DNA of 64,000 bases from an uncultured bacterium. GTDB lineage: Bacteria; Verrucomicrobiota; Kiritimatiellia; PWTM01. How positions within the stretch are numbered: position 1 is the stretch's first letter; the number at the start of each line of letters is the position of its first letter. The stretch spans positions 105,961-169,960 of the forward strand of contig CALLFZ010000003.1 in the NCBI GenBank assembly GCA_938010045.1, in the 5' to 3' direction. The notes below the pieces were generated by a model, which was given only the letters and a program-made list of their open reading frames with translations, ran no database searches and had not been told where the DNA came from. Positions 30,531-41,592 of this stretch are shown here, one piece after another. The position numbers were made by a program, and so were the translations under genes.

Positions 30531-31419
30531 GTCGCTGTGCCTCGGCGGCCATCGTATCCGCCACGCGAACCGCGTCGCAAGTTTCGCGCACGTCGTGCGC
30601 GCGGACGACGGCGGCGCCCCGGTACGCTGCGATCGCCGCCAGCGCGAGGCTCCCGGCGAGGCGCTCCGCGATGGGACGGCCCGTGATGTGCCCGACGATG
30701 CTCTTGCGCGAGACGCCGATCACCACGGGCCGCCCGATCGCTGCGAGACGCGGGATCGCGTGCAGCAGCGCGAGGTTGTGCGCCGCCGTCTTTCCAAAGC
30801 CGATACCCGGATCGGTCGCGAGCGTCGTGGGATCGAGGCCGGCCGCGACCGCGGCCTCTATCCGCCGCCGCAGAAACTCCGCGACCTCGGCCGTCACGTC
30901 GTCGTAGCGGGGATCCTGCTGCATCGTGGCCGGCTCGCCGCGCATGTGCATCAGCACCACCCCGGCCCCGAACTCCCGCGCCACGGCCGGCATCTCCGGA
31001 TCCCCAAGCGCCGAAACGTCGTTGATCACCCGCGCGCCCGCCTCGAGCGCGGCGCGCGCCACCGCTGCATGCCGCGTATCCACCGAGATGACAATTCGCG
31101 GATCCTCGCCGAGCCGGCGGACGACGGGCAGCACCCTCCGCAACTCCTCTTCGACTGGCACCGGCATGGCGCCGGGGCGGGTGGATTCGCCGCCCACATC
31201 AATCAGATCCGCACCGTCGGCGACCATCTCCAGCCCGTGCGCGATGGCCCGATCCGGGTTCGTGTATCGGCCGCCGTCGGAAAACGAGTCTGGCGTGACG
31301 TTCAGGACCCCCATCACGAGCGTCCGGCGACCGTCAAAAACCACGTCGCGACAGCGCCAGCGGGGACGCGGAACAGCCGGCGCGGGAATCCTGCTGCCGG
31401 ATGGAACCGGCTCGCTCAC
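30511..31419 (-). CDS. folP: Dihydropteroate synthase
   Basis: MGVLNVTPDSFSDGG, DVGGESTRPG, DPGIGFGK, GVSRKS, RAHDV. Confidence 0.96.
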   Translation of the reverse strand: MSEPVPSGSRIPAPAVPRPRWRCRDVVFDGRRTLVMGVLNVTPDSFSDGGRYTNPDRAIAHGLEMVADGADLIDVGGESTRPGAMPVPVEEELRRVLPVVRRLGEDPRIVISVDTRHAAVARAALEAGARVINDVSALGDPEMPAVAREFGAGVVLMHMRGEPATMQQDPRYDDVTAEVAEFLRRRIEAAVAAGLDPTTLATDPGIGFGKTAAHNLALLHAIPRLAAIGRPVVIGVSRKSIVGHITGRPIAERLAGSLALAAIAAYRGAAVVRAHDVRETCDAVRVADTMAAEAQRHGLDLV

Positions 31420-33407
31420 CGAGGTTCAGAAGGCGGGGCTTCTGATCCGGCCGATGCAGCGGCCGGCGCGTCGGTCGGCGGGGCCGACGGCGACGGCGCC
31501 GCCCCCATTTCCGCGGCCCGCCGCTCGGCCTCGGTGAGGATCCGCCCGTGCCGGACGATGTCCGCGACGTCCTGGCCGTCGAGCGTTTCGCGCACGAGCA
31601 GTTCGCGCGCAACCGTGTGCAGCGCGGCGTTGTGTTCGGTCAGGATCCGGCGTGCCTCGGCATAGCACTCGGTCAGGATCCGGTGGACCTCGTCATCAAT
31701 GCGGCGGGCGGTCTCCTCGCTGTAGGTCTGCGTCCGCGAGATCTCGCGCCCAAGGAACAGCAGCTCCTCGCGTTCCGAGTAGGTCTGGGGGCCGAGCGCC
31801 TCGCTCATGCCCCATTCGCAGACCATCATGCGCGCGATGTGCGTCGCCTGCCGGAAGTCCATCTGCGCGCCGGTCGTCACGTCGCCGAACACGACCTCCT
31901 CGGCGGCGCGGCCGGCCATGAGACCCTGAATCATCTTGAGCAGTTTCGAGCGGCTTTCGGTGTAGCGGTCGCGCTCGGGCAGTTGCATCGTTGCGCCGAG
32001 CGATTGACCGCGCGGGATGATCGTGACCTTGTGCAGCGGTTCCGCTCCGGCGACTTGCATCACGACCGCGTGCCCGGCCTCGTGGTACGCAGTCAGGCGG
32101 CGTTCGTTTTCGTCCGGCAAACGGCTGCGGCGCTCGCGGCCCCAGCGCACCTTGTCCCGCGCCTCCTCAAGGTCGCGGTGTTCGATCTGTTCGGCGCCGC
32201 GCCGCGCCGCCAGCAACGCCGCCTCGTTGATCAGATTCTCGAGGTCCGCGCCGGAGAAGCCTGGTGTGCCACGCGCAATCTTCCGTAGGTCGGCATCTGG
32301 CGCCAGCCGCAGCCGGCGCGCGTGAATCCGCAAAATCTTTTCACGCCCCTCGAGGTTCGGTAGGTCCACGAAAATCTGCCGGTCAAACCGGCCGGGACGT
32401 AAGAGCGCGGGGTCGAGCACGTCGGGGCGGTTCGTCGCGGCGATAATGATGACGCCCTCCTTCGTGTCGAAGCCGTCCATCTCCACCAGCAGCGCGTTGA
32501 GCGTCTGCTCGCGCTCGTCGTGCCCGCCGCCGATGCCGCTGAAACGGCTGCGGCCGACTGCGTCAATCTCGTCAATAAAAATGATACACGGCGCATGCCG
32601 CTTGCCCTGCTCGAACATATCGCGCACGCGCGAGGCGCCGACCCCGACGAACATCTCGACAAAGTCCGAACCGCTGATGCTGAAGAATGGCACGTTCGCC
32701 TCGCCCGCGATGGCTTTTGCCAGCAGCGTCTTGCCGGTGCCCGGGGGGCCAACGAGCAGCACGCCTTTCGGGATCCGGCCGCCGAGGCGTTGAAACTTCT
32801 TCGGATTTTTCAGAAATTCGATAATTTCCTGAACTTCCTCCCGCGCCTCGTCGATGCCGGCCACGTCGTTGAAGGTGATGCGGTTCTTCATGCGCGCGAG
32901 CAGCTTCGCGCGGCTCTTGCCGAAGCTCATCGCGCCGCGGCCCACCATCCGCATCTGGCGGATGAAGAGGAAGTACAACAAGCTCATCAGCAGCAGGAAC
33001 GGCAGCGCGCTGGTCAGCATCTGCCAGACGACCGGGTTCTGCGGTCTGAACCTGAACGGCACGTTGTTCTCCGCCAGCCACTGCGGAAGTGTGTCGGTGA
33101 CGACGATGTCGGTGCGGAACCGCTGGCCGCGGCCGCCGGGCGTCTCCGACTTGATCCAGCCGTCAATGTATTGGACGCCGGACACCTCCAGCACGATCTC
33201 GCAGCGCTCGATCTGCTTGTTTTCGACCAGCCGCACGAAGTCTGGGTAGTAGGGGAGTCGCTGCGGCCGCTCGGCGGTCTGCGAGAAAAAGTGAAACAGG
33301 CTGAAAAACATCAACAGCAGCAGCAGCCACACGAGCATGCCGCGCAGGGGCATGCGCTGCCCGTTCGGGGATTCGTCTCGATCCGACTTGAATTCCGGTT
33401 CGTCCAC
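31416..33407 (-). CDS. ftsH: ATP-dependent zinc metalloprotease FtsH
   Basis: Two TM helices, [27 protein letters not shown]. Confidence 0.97.
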   Translation of the reverse strand: MDEPEFKSDRDESPNGQRMPLRGMLVWLLLLLMFFSLFHFFSQTAERPQRLPYYPDFVRLVENKQIERCEIVLEVSGVQYIDGWIKSETPGGRGQRFRTDIVVTDTLPQWLAENNVPFRFRPQNPVVWQMLTSALPFLLLMSLLYFLFIRQMRMVGRGAMSFGKSRAKLLARMKNRITFNDVAGIDEAREEVQEIIEFLKNPKKFQRLGGRIPKGVLLVGPPGTGKTLLAKAIAGEANVPFFSISGSDFVEMFVGVGASRVRDMFEQGKRHAPCIIFIDEIDAVGRSRFSGIGGGHDEREQTLNALLVEMDGFDTKEGVIIIAATNRPDVLDPALLRPGRFDRQIFVDLPNLEGREKILRIHARRLRLAPDADLRKIARGTPGFSGADLENLINEAALLAARRGAEQIEHRDLEEARDKVRWGRERRSRLPDENERRLTAYHEAGHAVVMQVAGAEPLHKVTIIPRGQSLGATMQLPERDRYTESRSKLLKMIQGLMAGRAAEEVVFGDVTTGAQMDFRQATHIARMMVCEWGMSEALGPQTYSEREELLFLGREISRTQTYSEETARRIDDEVHRILTECYAEARRILTEHNAALHTVARELLVRETLDGQDVADIVRHGRILTEAERRAAEMGAAPSPSAPPTDAPAAASAGSEAPPSEPR

Positions 33408-33744
33408 AGCGTTCTCCGCAGTCCAAGGAGAGTATCACGGCATGGCCCCTCCCGCCAGCCACTGCCGCCGCACATCCGCGTGCGCGATTCCGTTCGACGC
33501 CTTGGCGGCCAGAGCCCATGCCGTGCCGAACTGGCTACATGCTCGGCGATATTCGCGGGATCGTGTCGGTCGGGCCCCGGGGAGTCTTGCGCAGGTCAGC
33601 GGCCCGACGAGGCGCGCGGTGCCGGCCTGTGGCCGGCGCGGTGGCGATCGCGGCGGCCGGCTGGCGTGCGTGGAGGCAGGTGCGGTATAAGGCTGGTGGG
33701 CGGGCCGCGATGCGGCCTCCTGCGCAGCGGGGAGAGGAAGGACG

Positions 33745-35424
33745 ATGTCGAACGCGAACTATGTGGTGGGGCTCGACTACGGCACCAACTCAGTGCGCGC
33801 GTTGTTGGTCGACGTCTCCGATGGCCGGGAAGTGGCCGGTGCGGCGTGGACCTATGCCCATGGTGACGAGGGAGTGATCCTCTGCCGCGATCCCAACCTA
33901 GCCCGGCAGCATCCGCGCGACTACCTCGAGGGCGCGGAACGAGTGATCCGGAGCGCGCTGGCAGCAGCGCGGCGGTCGGTGCGCGGATTCCGTCCGTCGC
34001 AGGTGGTGGGTGTGGGTGTGGACACGACCGGTAGCACGCCGATGCCGGTGGATGCCTCCGGCCGGCCCCTCGCGCTGCAGCGGCGGTGGGCCCAGAACCT
34101 GGCGGCCATGGCATGGCTTTGGAAAGATCACACCGCCACGGCCGAGGCAGCCGAGATCACTGCGCTCGCTCGGGAACTGCGGCCGCACTTCCTCGCCCAG
34201 TGCGGTGGCGCCTACTCAAGTGAGTGGTTCTTCAGCAAGGTCCTGTGCTGCCGCCGCACCGCGCCCGACGTGTTCGATGCCGCCCACCTCTGGGTGGAGT
34301 GCTCGGACTGGGTGCCCGCCCTGCTCACGGGCACCGAGGCGCCGGACCGCCTCACCGTCGGTGTCTGTGCGGCCGGACACAAAGCCATGTACAACGACGA
34401 GTGGGGCGGCTATCCCGACGCGGACTTTCTCGGTCGCCTCGATCCCGCGCTCGCCGCGCTGCGCGCGCGCATGCGGCCCAAGGCGACGACGATTGACCAC
34501 CCCGCCGGTTGTCTCACGGATGAGTGGGCGCGCCGGACGGGACTGCCCGCGGGCATCCCCGTGGCGACGGGCGCGCTCGATGCGCATCTGGGCGCCGTCG
34601 GATCCGGCATTGCACCTGGGACGCTTGCGATCATCGTCGGCACGAGTGCTTGCCATATGATGGTGACGCCGCCCGAGGCTGCCGTGCCGGATATTCCGGG
34701 GCTGTGCGGCATCGTCCGCGGCAGCATTGTACCGGGACACGTAGGGCTGGAGGCGGGCCAGTCGGCTTTCGGAGATATTTTCAATTGGTTTGTGAACCAC
34801 GTTCGCCCGCTGGGTCGGGCCGGCAGCCACGAGGTTCTCACCGAAGCGGCGGCGCGGCTGCGGCCGGGTGAGAGCGGGCTGCTGGCGCTCGACTGGAACA
34901 ATGGCAACCGAACGGTGCTGGCCGATCCGCAGCTCAGCGGGCTGCTGGTGGGACAGACGCTCTACACGACGCCAGCGGAGATCTATCGGGCGTTGATTGA
35001 GGCGGCGGCGTTCGGCACCCTGCGGATCATCGAGCGCTTCGAGGAGTACGGCCAGCGCGTCGAACGGATCGTCGCATGCGGGGGCATTGCGGAGAAGAAT
35101 CCGCTCGTGATGCAGATCCTGGCCGACGTGACGGGTCGTCCGATCCGCGTGGCGCGCTCGTCGCAGACCTGCGCGCTGGGGGCGGCGATGGCCGCGGCGG
35201 TGGTGGCGGGGGTATATCCGAACGTGCCGGCCGCGCAGGCTGCGATGGCGGGCCTACGGCCCGGCGCCTACCGACCGCGCGCCGCGGCGCATGCGGTGTA
35301 CCGCGAGCTGTACGAGCTATATCGCATGCTGCACGACGCCTTCGGCACGCCCGAGGGCGACGGCCGGCTGTACCCGGTGATGAAACGTCTCATCGACATC
35401 CGAAACCGCACACGTCGCCGCTGA
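33745..35424 (+). CDS. araB: Ribulokinase (FGGY family)
   Basis: GLDYGTNSVRA, LWKDHTA, YSSEWF, AAGHKAM, LEAGQSA, LDWNNGNRT. Confidence 0.9.
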   Translation: MSNANYVVGLDYGTNSVRALLVDVSDGREVAGAAWTYAHGDEGVILCRDPNLARQHPRDYLEGAERVIRSALAAARRSVRGFRPSQVVGVGVDTTGSTPMPVDASGRPLALQRRWAQNLAAMAWLWKDHTATAEAAEITALARELRPHFLAQCGGAYSSEWFFSKVLCCRRTAPDVFDAAHLWVECSDWVPALLTGTEAPDRLTVGVCAAGHKAMYNDEWGGYPDADFLGRLDPALAALRARMRPKATTIDHPAGCLTDEWARRTGLPAGIPVATGALDAHLGAVGSGIAPGTLAIIVGTSACHMMVTPPEAAVPDIPGLCGIVRGSIVPGHVGLEAGQSAFGDIFNWFVNHVRPLGRAGSHEVLTEAAARLRPGESGLLALDWNNGNRTVLADPQLSGLLVGQTLYTTPAEIYRALIEAAAFGTLRIIERFEEYGQRVERIVACGGIAEKNPLVMQILADVTGRPIRVARSSQTCALGAAMAAAVVAGVYPNVPAAQAAMAGLRPGAYRPRAAAHAVYRELYELYRMLHDAFGTPEGDGRLYPVMKRLIDIRNRTRRR

Positions 35425-35702
35425 GGGCTCGGCAACGTCGAGTTGAGTTGGCCCGGCGCCCAGCCCGACAGTCCGTTCGCGACCGAACACGGCACGCTCC
35501 GCTGTGTCTCCGCCGTCACCGGCCGCCGCCTTGGGCGTGCGGTGCCCAGCGCAGCGCGGGACCGCGTTCGCCCACCGCGCAGCAAGGAAACTCGACAAAT
35601 GCCGCTACGGCTCCGGCAGTCTGTGCGGGAGCTATAGTTGTGGTGGGGCTGGCCGGGCTCTCCCACTCGCGGATGGTCGCACCAACACCGAGGTCCCGGC
35701 CC

Positions 35703-36434
35703 CTAGAACGTGTAGCGCGCGGAGACGCCCCAGCTCGTGCCCTTCACGAACTCTACTTGGAGGCCGATCAGAAAATTGTGCGACAAATTCACCTCGGCGC
35801 CGGCCACCACGCCCCATGTTCCGTCGCCTTCAAAGTCCTCGCTCAGGTTGCCCGCCTCATAGCGCCCATCGAGAGAGGAGAACAGCGGGCCGGTATACAG
35901 CCCGAGACTGAACGGCACTCGGTCGGTCGAAGCCGGCGATTCCGCAAACAACTCATAGTGCAGATCCGCCGACACCGACCATATCTGCCAATACCCCGCG
36001 TCGCCATTGGACCGCCGGAACTCACCGCCGGCCCGTACCGACCACTGGCCGGCCAAAAACTGCGGATCCTTGAGGTCGTACCGCCAGATGCGCGCATGAA
36101 GCCCCAGCGCCCACCCCAACCCCTCTTCGAGATCGTCCATGCCGACTTCGGCGGTGGTTCGGCCAAGCGCGCCGTACATCATCAGCCACTCGATGGGCCG
36201 GAAACCGAGAAACCCGCCGTACCAGTCGCTCTCAAGCTCGTCGGGGAAACCCTCGAGGTCCACATCGCGACGGATCTGTAGGGCGTCCGCTCCGACCACC
36301 CAGTTGCGAATCTTCACGACCTCGATCATCGCGTCACGGCCGCCGCCGACGATCGGCGTCGCCGCGAAGGATGCCTCGGTCAGACAATTCACCACCCACG
36401 CGATCAGGACTGCGCATGCGAGGTTTTTCGTCAT
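35703..36434 (-). CDS. Outer-membrane beta-barrel protein
   Basis: AGGAG RBS; signal peptide; alternating beta-strand pattern; C-terminal beta-signal SARYTF. Confidence 0.75.
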   Translation of the reverse strand: MTKNLACAVLIAWVVNCLTEASFAATPIVGGGRDAMIEVVKIRNWVVGADALQIRRDVDLEGFPDELESDWYGGFLGFRPIEWLMMYGALGRTTAEVGMDDLEEGLGWALGLHARIWRYDLKDPQFLAGQWSVRAGGEFRRSNGDAGYWQIWSVSADLHYELFAESPASTDRVPFSLGLYTGPLFSSLDGRYEAGNLSEDFEGDGTWGVVAGAEVNLSHNFLIGLQVEFVKGTSWGVSARYTF

Positions 36435-36634
36435 GGTCGTCACTCCTGAGGTCAGCATGGCGCGGAACGGAGAGCCGTGTCAAACGCGAGCCGAGTACGA
36501 CAGTGCGGCGGAAGAATCAGCTGGAAATCGAGGTGTCGGCGAAGGGAGGCGAACATCGTTTACCCCAACGGCCCCGCACCATTCGCCGCTGTCTCTCGCC
36601 CCTCGGGTGCCCCGTTACCAGAGGGGGCTGCGCT

Positions 36635-37431
36635 GACGGGTCTGCGGGGACGGGTCTGCGGGGACAGGCACGTCGTGTCGGCCGGGCACTCGGCGATCGT
36701 CGCCTCTCGTAAGCCGCCACGGGGTCGTCACGGGGGACAGCCCCACGCGCACCGCGCTGTAGCTCCGGCGCTCCGCCGCCGGAGCGATGCGCGCGAACTT
36801 GGGACATGGACCGCGGGCTAGGGACCGCGGGCTAGCCGTGGGGACATGGCCGTTGGGGACAGGCACACACTTCGTGGGGGCTTTCCAGGTGCCTGTCCCC
36901 CGTTTGGGGCCCGCGCGGACGGAGGGCAGGTGGGGAGGGCTGAGGGGGGCTGATGGGCCGCCCTTGGGGACAGGCACACACTTCGAGCAGGCCATTGGGG
37001 ACAGGCACGAGCGCAAACGACGCAACAATCTCGCTTTCAATCTACTGTGACTTCTTGACTGGTGCCTGTCCCCCGTTTGGGACCCACGCGCACCGCCGCT
37101 GTAGCTCCGGCGCTCCGCCGCCGGAGCGATGCGCGCGAACTGGGGGCCGGGACCGCGGGCTGGCCGTTGGCCGTTGGGGACAGGCACCTGGCAGGCTTGA
37201 TGGATCGCTGTTGGGGACGGGTACGCCTGGGGCGCGGCAGCGCGGACGGAGGGCGGGTGGGGAGGGCTGAGGGGGGCTGAGGGGGGCTGGTGGGGACAGG
37301 CACGTCGTGTCGGCCGGGCACTCGGCGATTGGCGCCTCACGTAAACCGCATACAAGCGCTGAGCCGAGCGTGACGGTCGGAGTCTGCTTTCGGCCCAGGC
37401 CTATCCCCGGTCTTTGATTGGGGATAGGCAC
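36635..37431. repeat. Mosaic REP/BIME-like repeat cluster A
   Basis: 8 perfect GGGGACAGGCAC 12-mers (+: 36660, 36855, 36966, 36997, 37176, 37292; -: 36889, 37062) plus variants; two GTAG-hairpin 27-mers (36759, 37101); 38-bp direct repeat at 36660 and 37292. Confidence 0.9.
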
Positions 37432-37489
37432 AAGTGCATCGCGACCCCTCGTCCCAGGCCTCAAAACAATCTACAGCGCAATCGGCTCG

Positions 37490-39823
37490 TTAGACGCTGC
37501 GTGGCCGGCCCGCCACCCATGCCTGTCCAGCTGCGATCCCGCCGTCGTTGGGCGGAATGGCGCGGTTGACGAGAACGCGGAAGCCGTCCGCCTCCAGACG
37601 CTGTGTGGTTTCGTCGTGGAGAATCCGATTCATGAACACGCCGCCGGTGAGCGCAACGACTCCGCAGCCGGTGCGTTCGCGGCCGTACCGCGCCATCTCG
37701 GCGGCTGCCGAGGCCAGCGCCTCATGCACGGCGCGGGCCATCGCGGCAGCATCTGCGACGCCGCGGCCGAGTTCGAAGAGGTCCGCGAAGAGTGGTGCCC
37801 AGTCCACCACGAGCCGGCCGTCCTTCTCCTCCGCGCGCCACCACGCCCCGGCGGGCGTGGCGGAACGGGCGGCGCGTGCGGCCAGACCCTCAAGGCGGAT
37901 CGCGGTTTGGCCCTCGTAGGTCACGCGGCGCGGCGCGACGCCCAGCGCCGCGGCGACTGAGTCGAACACGCGGCCGGCCGCATGCGTGAGCGGGGCGAGG
38001 GGTGTGCTGGCGGCCGACCGGCTCCAGATCTCGAGTTCGGCATCGGTCAGCTCCAGCGCGCGCCGCCACTGCTCGCCGGGCCGCAGCCCCATCGCGGCCC
38101 AGCGCGCGATAATCTGGCGGCGCGGATCAAGGACCGCAGCGTCGCCGCCGGGCAGTGGGGCGGGCGCGAATGTTGCAAGGCGTTCGAAGCGAGCCGCATC
38201 GGGCAGCCAGATCAGCTCGGCACCCCAAATCCGGCCGTCCGGCCCCAGCCCCGTACCATCCCACGCCAGCGCGAGCAACCGCTCCTCGCCGTGCTCCGCC
38301 ATCACCGAGGCCGCGTGGGCATGATGGTGCTGCACCTCGACGAGCTCGGCGCCGAGACGCACGGCCATCTCGCGGCCGAGCCGCGTTGAGTGGTAGTCCG
38401 GATGAAGATCCACCGCGACGGCAGCGGGCACGATGCCGAGGAAGCGGGGCAGGTGCTCGGCGACGAGCCGCAGATGTTCCACGGCGTCGGGGTCGTCCAG
38501 GTCGCCGATGTGCGGTGAGAGATGGAGCTCCTGGCCGTCCGCGACGGCGATCGCGTTCTTCAATTCTGCGCCCATCGCGAGCACGGCGCGCCGCAACGGT
38601 CGAGCCACCGCGAACGGCCGTGGCGCCAACCCGCGCGCGCGCCGCCAAAGCTGCGGACGGCCCGAGCGGATCGCGACCAGCGAATCGTCCGCTCGGAATC
38701 GGATTTCGCGATCATGCAGCAGGAACAGGTCCGCGACAGCGCCCAGTTCCCGGAGTGCCTCCTCGTTGCCGAGGCAGATGGGCGCTCCGCTGCGGTTGCC
38801 GCTGGTCATGATGAGCGCGTCGAACCGCGGCGCCGGATCGCCCGCGAGCGGCTCGGCCAGCAGCCATTGGAGTGGCGTCACGGGCAGCATTACGCCGAGG
38901 GTGTGCGCGTCGGGTGAAATCACGTCCACGGGCAATGGCGGATTGGGCTTTGGATCGAGGATTACGATCGGCGCCTCGGCGGAGCAGAGTAGTTCTTCGG
39001 CGGCGGGCGGTACTTCGCAGATCCGCCGCACGGTCTCGATTGAGCGCGCCATTACCGCGAAGGGTTTCGAGGGCCGCCGTTTCCGCTCCCTGAGCCGAAG
39101 GATCGCCGCGCGGTTCGTCGCATCGGCGGCCAGCAGAAAGCCGCCTAAGCCCCGCAGCGCGACGATGCCGCCTGCCGCAAGGACCGCGCGCGCACGGCGA
39201 ATTGGGTCGCCTTCGAGCGGCCGGCCCGCGGAATCCGTTGCCCAAAGCCGCGGGCCACAGCAGGGGCAGGCGATGCTTTCGGCGTGATAGCGGCGCGAGG
39301 CGGGGTCCTCATATTCGCGCCGGCAATCGTCGCAGAGCGGGAAGACGGCCATCGTCGTTCGCTCGCGGTCGTAGGGCGTGTCGAGGATGACGGTATAGCG
39401 CGGACCGCAATCGCAACAGGTGGTGAACGCGTAGCCGTAGCGCCGGTCGGCGGGGTCCATCACCTCGGCGCGGCAGGCCGGACACATGGCCAAATCCGGC
39501 GGCACCCGTGGACGCGCGACGGTCGCGCTCTCGCTCTCCTCGATCCGAAAATCGGCTGCCGCTTCCTCGGCACGAATCGGTTCGCGCCGGATTCGCACCA
39601 CGCGCTCGATGCGCGCGCGGGGTGGCGCGTGTCGCTCGAGCGAGGCAATGAACTCCTCGACCCGCTCCGCCGGACCTTCCAGGACCAGCCGCACGGTTCC
39701 GCGCTGGTTGGCCACGCTCCCGCGCAGGCCCGCCGCGCGCGCGCAGCGGGCGATCGTGGGACGAAAGCCCACCCCCTGCACGGTGCCCGAGATGTCGAGA
39801 ACTTCTCGCGTCCAGCCGTTCAT
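37490..39823 (-). CDS. hypF: Carbamoyltransferase HypF
   Basis: Acylphosphatase GTVQGVGFRP, two zinc fingers, KPFAVM, MTSGN, DLHPDY, QHHHAH, DGTG.G.DG.IWG, PPNDGGI. Confidence 0.95.
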   Translation of the reverse strand: MNGWTREVLDISGTVQGVGFRPTIARCARAAGLRGSVANQRGTVRLVLEGPAERVEEFIASLERHAPPRARIERVVRIRREPIRAEEAAADFRIEESESATVARPRVPPDLAMCPACRAEVMDPADRRYGYAFTTCCDCGPRYTVILDTPYDRERTTMAVFPLCDDCRREYEDPASRRYHAESIACPCCGPRLWATDSAGRPLEGDPIRRARAVLAAGGIVALRGLGGFLLAADATNRAAILRLRERKRRPSKPFAVMARSIETVRRICEVPPAAEELLCSAEAPIVILDPKPNPPLPVDVISPDAHTLGVMLPVTPLQWLLAEPLAGDPAPRFDALIMTSGNRSGAPICLGNEEALRELGAVADLFLLHDREIRFRADDSLVAIRSGRPQLWRRARGLAPRPFAVARPLRRAVLAMGAELKNAIAVADGQELHLSPHIGDLDDPDAVEHLRLVAEHLPRFLGIVPAAVAVDLHPDYHSTRLGREMAVRLGAELVEVQHHHAHAASVMAEHGEERLLALAWDGTGLGPDGRIWGAELIWLPDAARFERLATFAPAPLPGGDAAVLDPRRQIIARWAAMGLRPGEQWRRALELTDAELEIWSRSAASTPLAPLTHAAGRVFDSVAAALGVAPRRVTYEGQTAIRLEGLAARAARSATPAGAWWRAEEKDGRLVVDWAPLFADLFELGRGVADAAAMARAVHEALASAAAEMARYGRERTGCGVVALTGGVFMNRILHDETTQRLEADGFRVLVNRAIPPNDGGIAAGQAWVAGRPRSV

Positions 39824-39890
39824 GCGGTCGAGAGAGCGACGCGCGGCGGCCAGCCGGCGCGCAGCGGCGATCCGCGCCGGTCGGCCGTGT

Positions 39891-40298
39891 TCACGCCAGC
39901 CCCGGCGAGGGCGGCTGGCTGATCCGCTGCACCAGGAGCGGGAAGCGGATCTTGAGATCGCCGTCGAGCAGCACTTCTACCCAATGCGGCCCCTCAGTCT
40001 GGATCATTTTGTTCACGAAGACTTCGACGTTCGTGGCGGTGGCCTGGGGATTCGGCAGATGGAACGGGATTGGCTGGCCCTCCATCACGACGGTCGTCTG
40101 ATCGGGGGCGAGGATCCGCGTCCGCTGATGAAACGCGCCCTCGCCGCTGCACCAGCGGGTGACGACAAACATGCGCGGGTACACGAACGGAAACGTCGCG
40201 GAACCGACGACATCGAACAATCCGATGAGGATGAATTTGCCGTTCCGTTCCTGCCGGACGTCGTCGCAGAGCAAACAGGCCTGCAGATCGGGCAGCAT
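39891..40298 (-). CDS. Conserved hypothetical protein (DUF6941-like)
   Basis: LLCDDVRQE.NGKFILIGLF pattern; GGAG upstream of ATG 40298. Confidence 0.7.
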   Translation of the reverse strand: MLPDLQACLLCDDVRQERNGKFILIGLFDVVGSATFPFVYPRMFVVTRWCSGEGAFHQRTRILAPDQTTVVMEGQPIPFHLPNPQATATNVEVFVNKMIQTEGPHWVEVLLDGDLKIRFPLLVQRISQPPSPGLA

Positions 40299-40341
40299 CG
40301 CATCGGGCTCCGGAGGTGCGCAGCCCCTCAGATGGCTCCTC

Positions 40342-41592
40342 TTAGCCGGCGTCTTTTCGCGCCGCCGCCTCGCCGTACTTGAGCACACCTTGCAAGGTCG
40401 TGGCCGCCGCGGAGATCTGGGGATCCTCCGCGGGGGAGGGGGCGGAGGCGGTTTCCCGCGCGAGCTGGCGGGGATTCCACGGAACGAGAATGTCGGGTTC
40501 AATGCCCAACTCGTGAATCATCCGGCGGTTCGGCGTGTAATACCGCGCTGTGGTCAGCCGCAGCGCGGATCCATCCGTCAGCGGGAGCAGCGACTGGACC
40601 GACCCTTTGCCAAACGAGCGTTCGCCAATCAACACGGCACGCCGGTGGTCCTGAAGACAGCCGGCGACCACCTCGGAGGCGCTCGCGCTGCCTTCATTAA
40701 TGAGCACGGACATCGGCCACGTGTAGACTTTTGGAGCGGACCGCGTGAGGAAGGTCTGGCGCTGCCGCTCATCCCGTCCCTGCGTGATCAGCACCATCCG
40801 GCCACGTGGCAGAAACCGGCTGCAGACGTCCACGGCGCTTTCGAGCAGCCCGCCGGGGTTGTTGCGCACGTCGAGAATCAGCGCGCGCGCGCCCTCGCGC
40901 TCGAGCCGCGAGAGCGCGCGGTCGAGCATCTGCGCAGTCCGCGCGTCGAACTGCGTGATCCGTACGTAGCCGATACCGCCTTCGAGGACGCGGGTCTGCT
41001 CCACGCTGTCCACTTCGATCACGGCGCGCTGGAGCACCAGCTCGATCGGATCGGTGCGTCCCGCCTTCAGCACCTTGATGCGCACAGTGGTGCCGGGCGG
41101 CCCGCGCATCAGCCGCACGGCTTCGGCCAGCGTCATATCCTCGGTACTTTGGCCGTTGATTTCGACGAGACGGTCACCGCCGCGTAGGCCGGCCTTCGCG
41201 CCGGGTGTGCCGTCAATCGGAGAAATCACCACGAGCGCCCCCTCGCGCAGGCCGACCACCAGCCCCACGCCGCCGAACTCGCCCTCCGTGTCCTCCTGCA
41301 TCGCGCGGAATTCTTCGGGGGTCAAGAACTCGGAGTACTCGTCGAGCGACGACATCACGCCCCGCAGTGCGCCGCGAATGAGGTCGGCATAGGAGGTCCG
41401 CGCTCCGTCGACGTAGTGCCGGCGGACGTGCAGCAGCACTTCGGCGAGCCGCGCGATATTCGCGTAGGGATCATCCGGGGACGCGTTGGTCTCAGCCGGT
41501 CGGACCGAGACCGGCGCCGACCGCGCCCAAACCGCGGTGAGTGCCAGGGCCGTCGCGGCCAGTCGCATCCTCGATGGTCGGAACGTCCTCAT
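40342..41592 (-). CDS. ctpA: S41 carboxyl-terminal processing protease with PDZ domain
   Basis: GEFGGVG, DVRNNPGG, SASASE, SFGKGSVQ, TTARYYTP. Confidence 0.92.
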   Translation of the reverse strand: MRTFRPSRMRLAATALALTAVWARSAPVSVRPAETNASPDDPYANIARLAEVLLHVRRHYVDGARTSYADLIRGALRGVMSSLDEYSEFLTPEEFRAMQEDTEGEFGGVGLVVGLREGALVVISPIDGTPGAKAGLRGGDRLVEINGQSTEDMTLAEAVRLMRGPPGTTVRIKVLKAGRTDPIELVLQRAVIEVDSVEQTRVLEGGIGYVRITQFDARTAQMLDRALSRLEREGARALILDVRNNPGGLLESAVDVCSRFLPRGRMVLITQGRDERQRQTFLTRSAPKVYTWPMSVLINEGSASASEVVAGCLQDHRRAVLIGERSFGKGSVQSLLPLTDGSALRLTTARYYTPNRRMIHELGIEPDILVPWNPRQLARETASAPSPAEDPQISAAATTLQGVLKYGEAAARKDAG

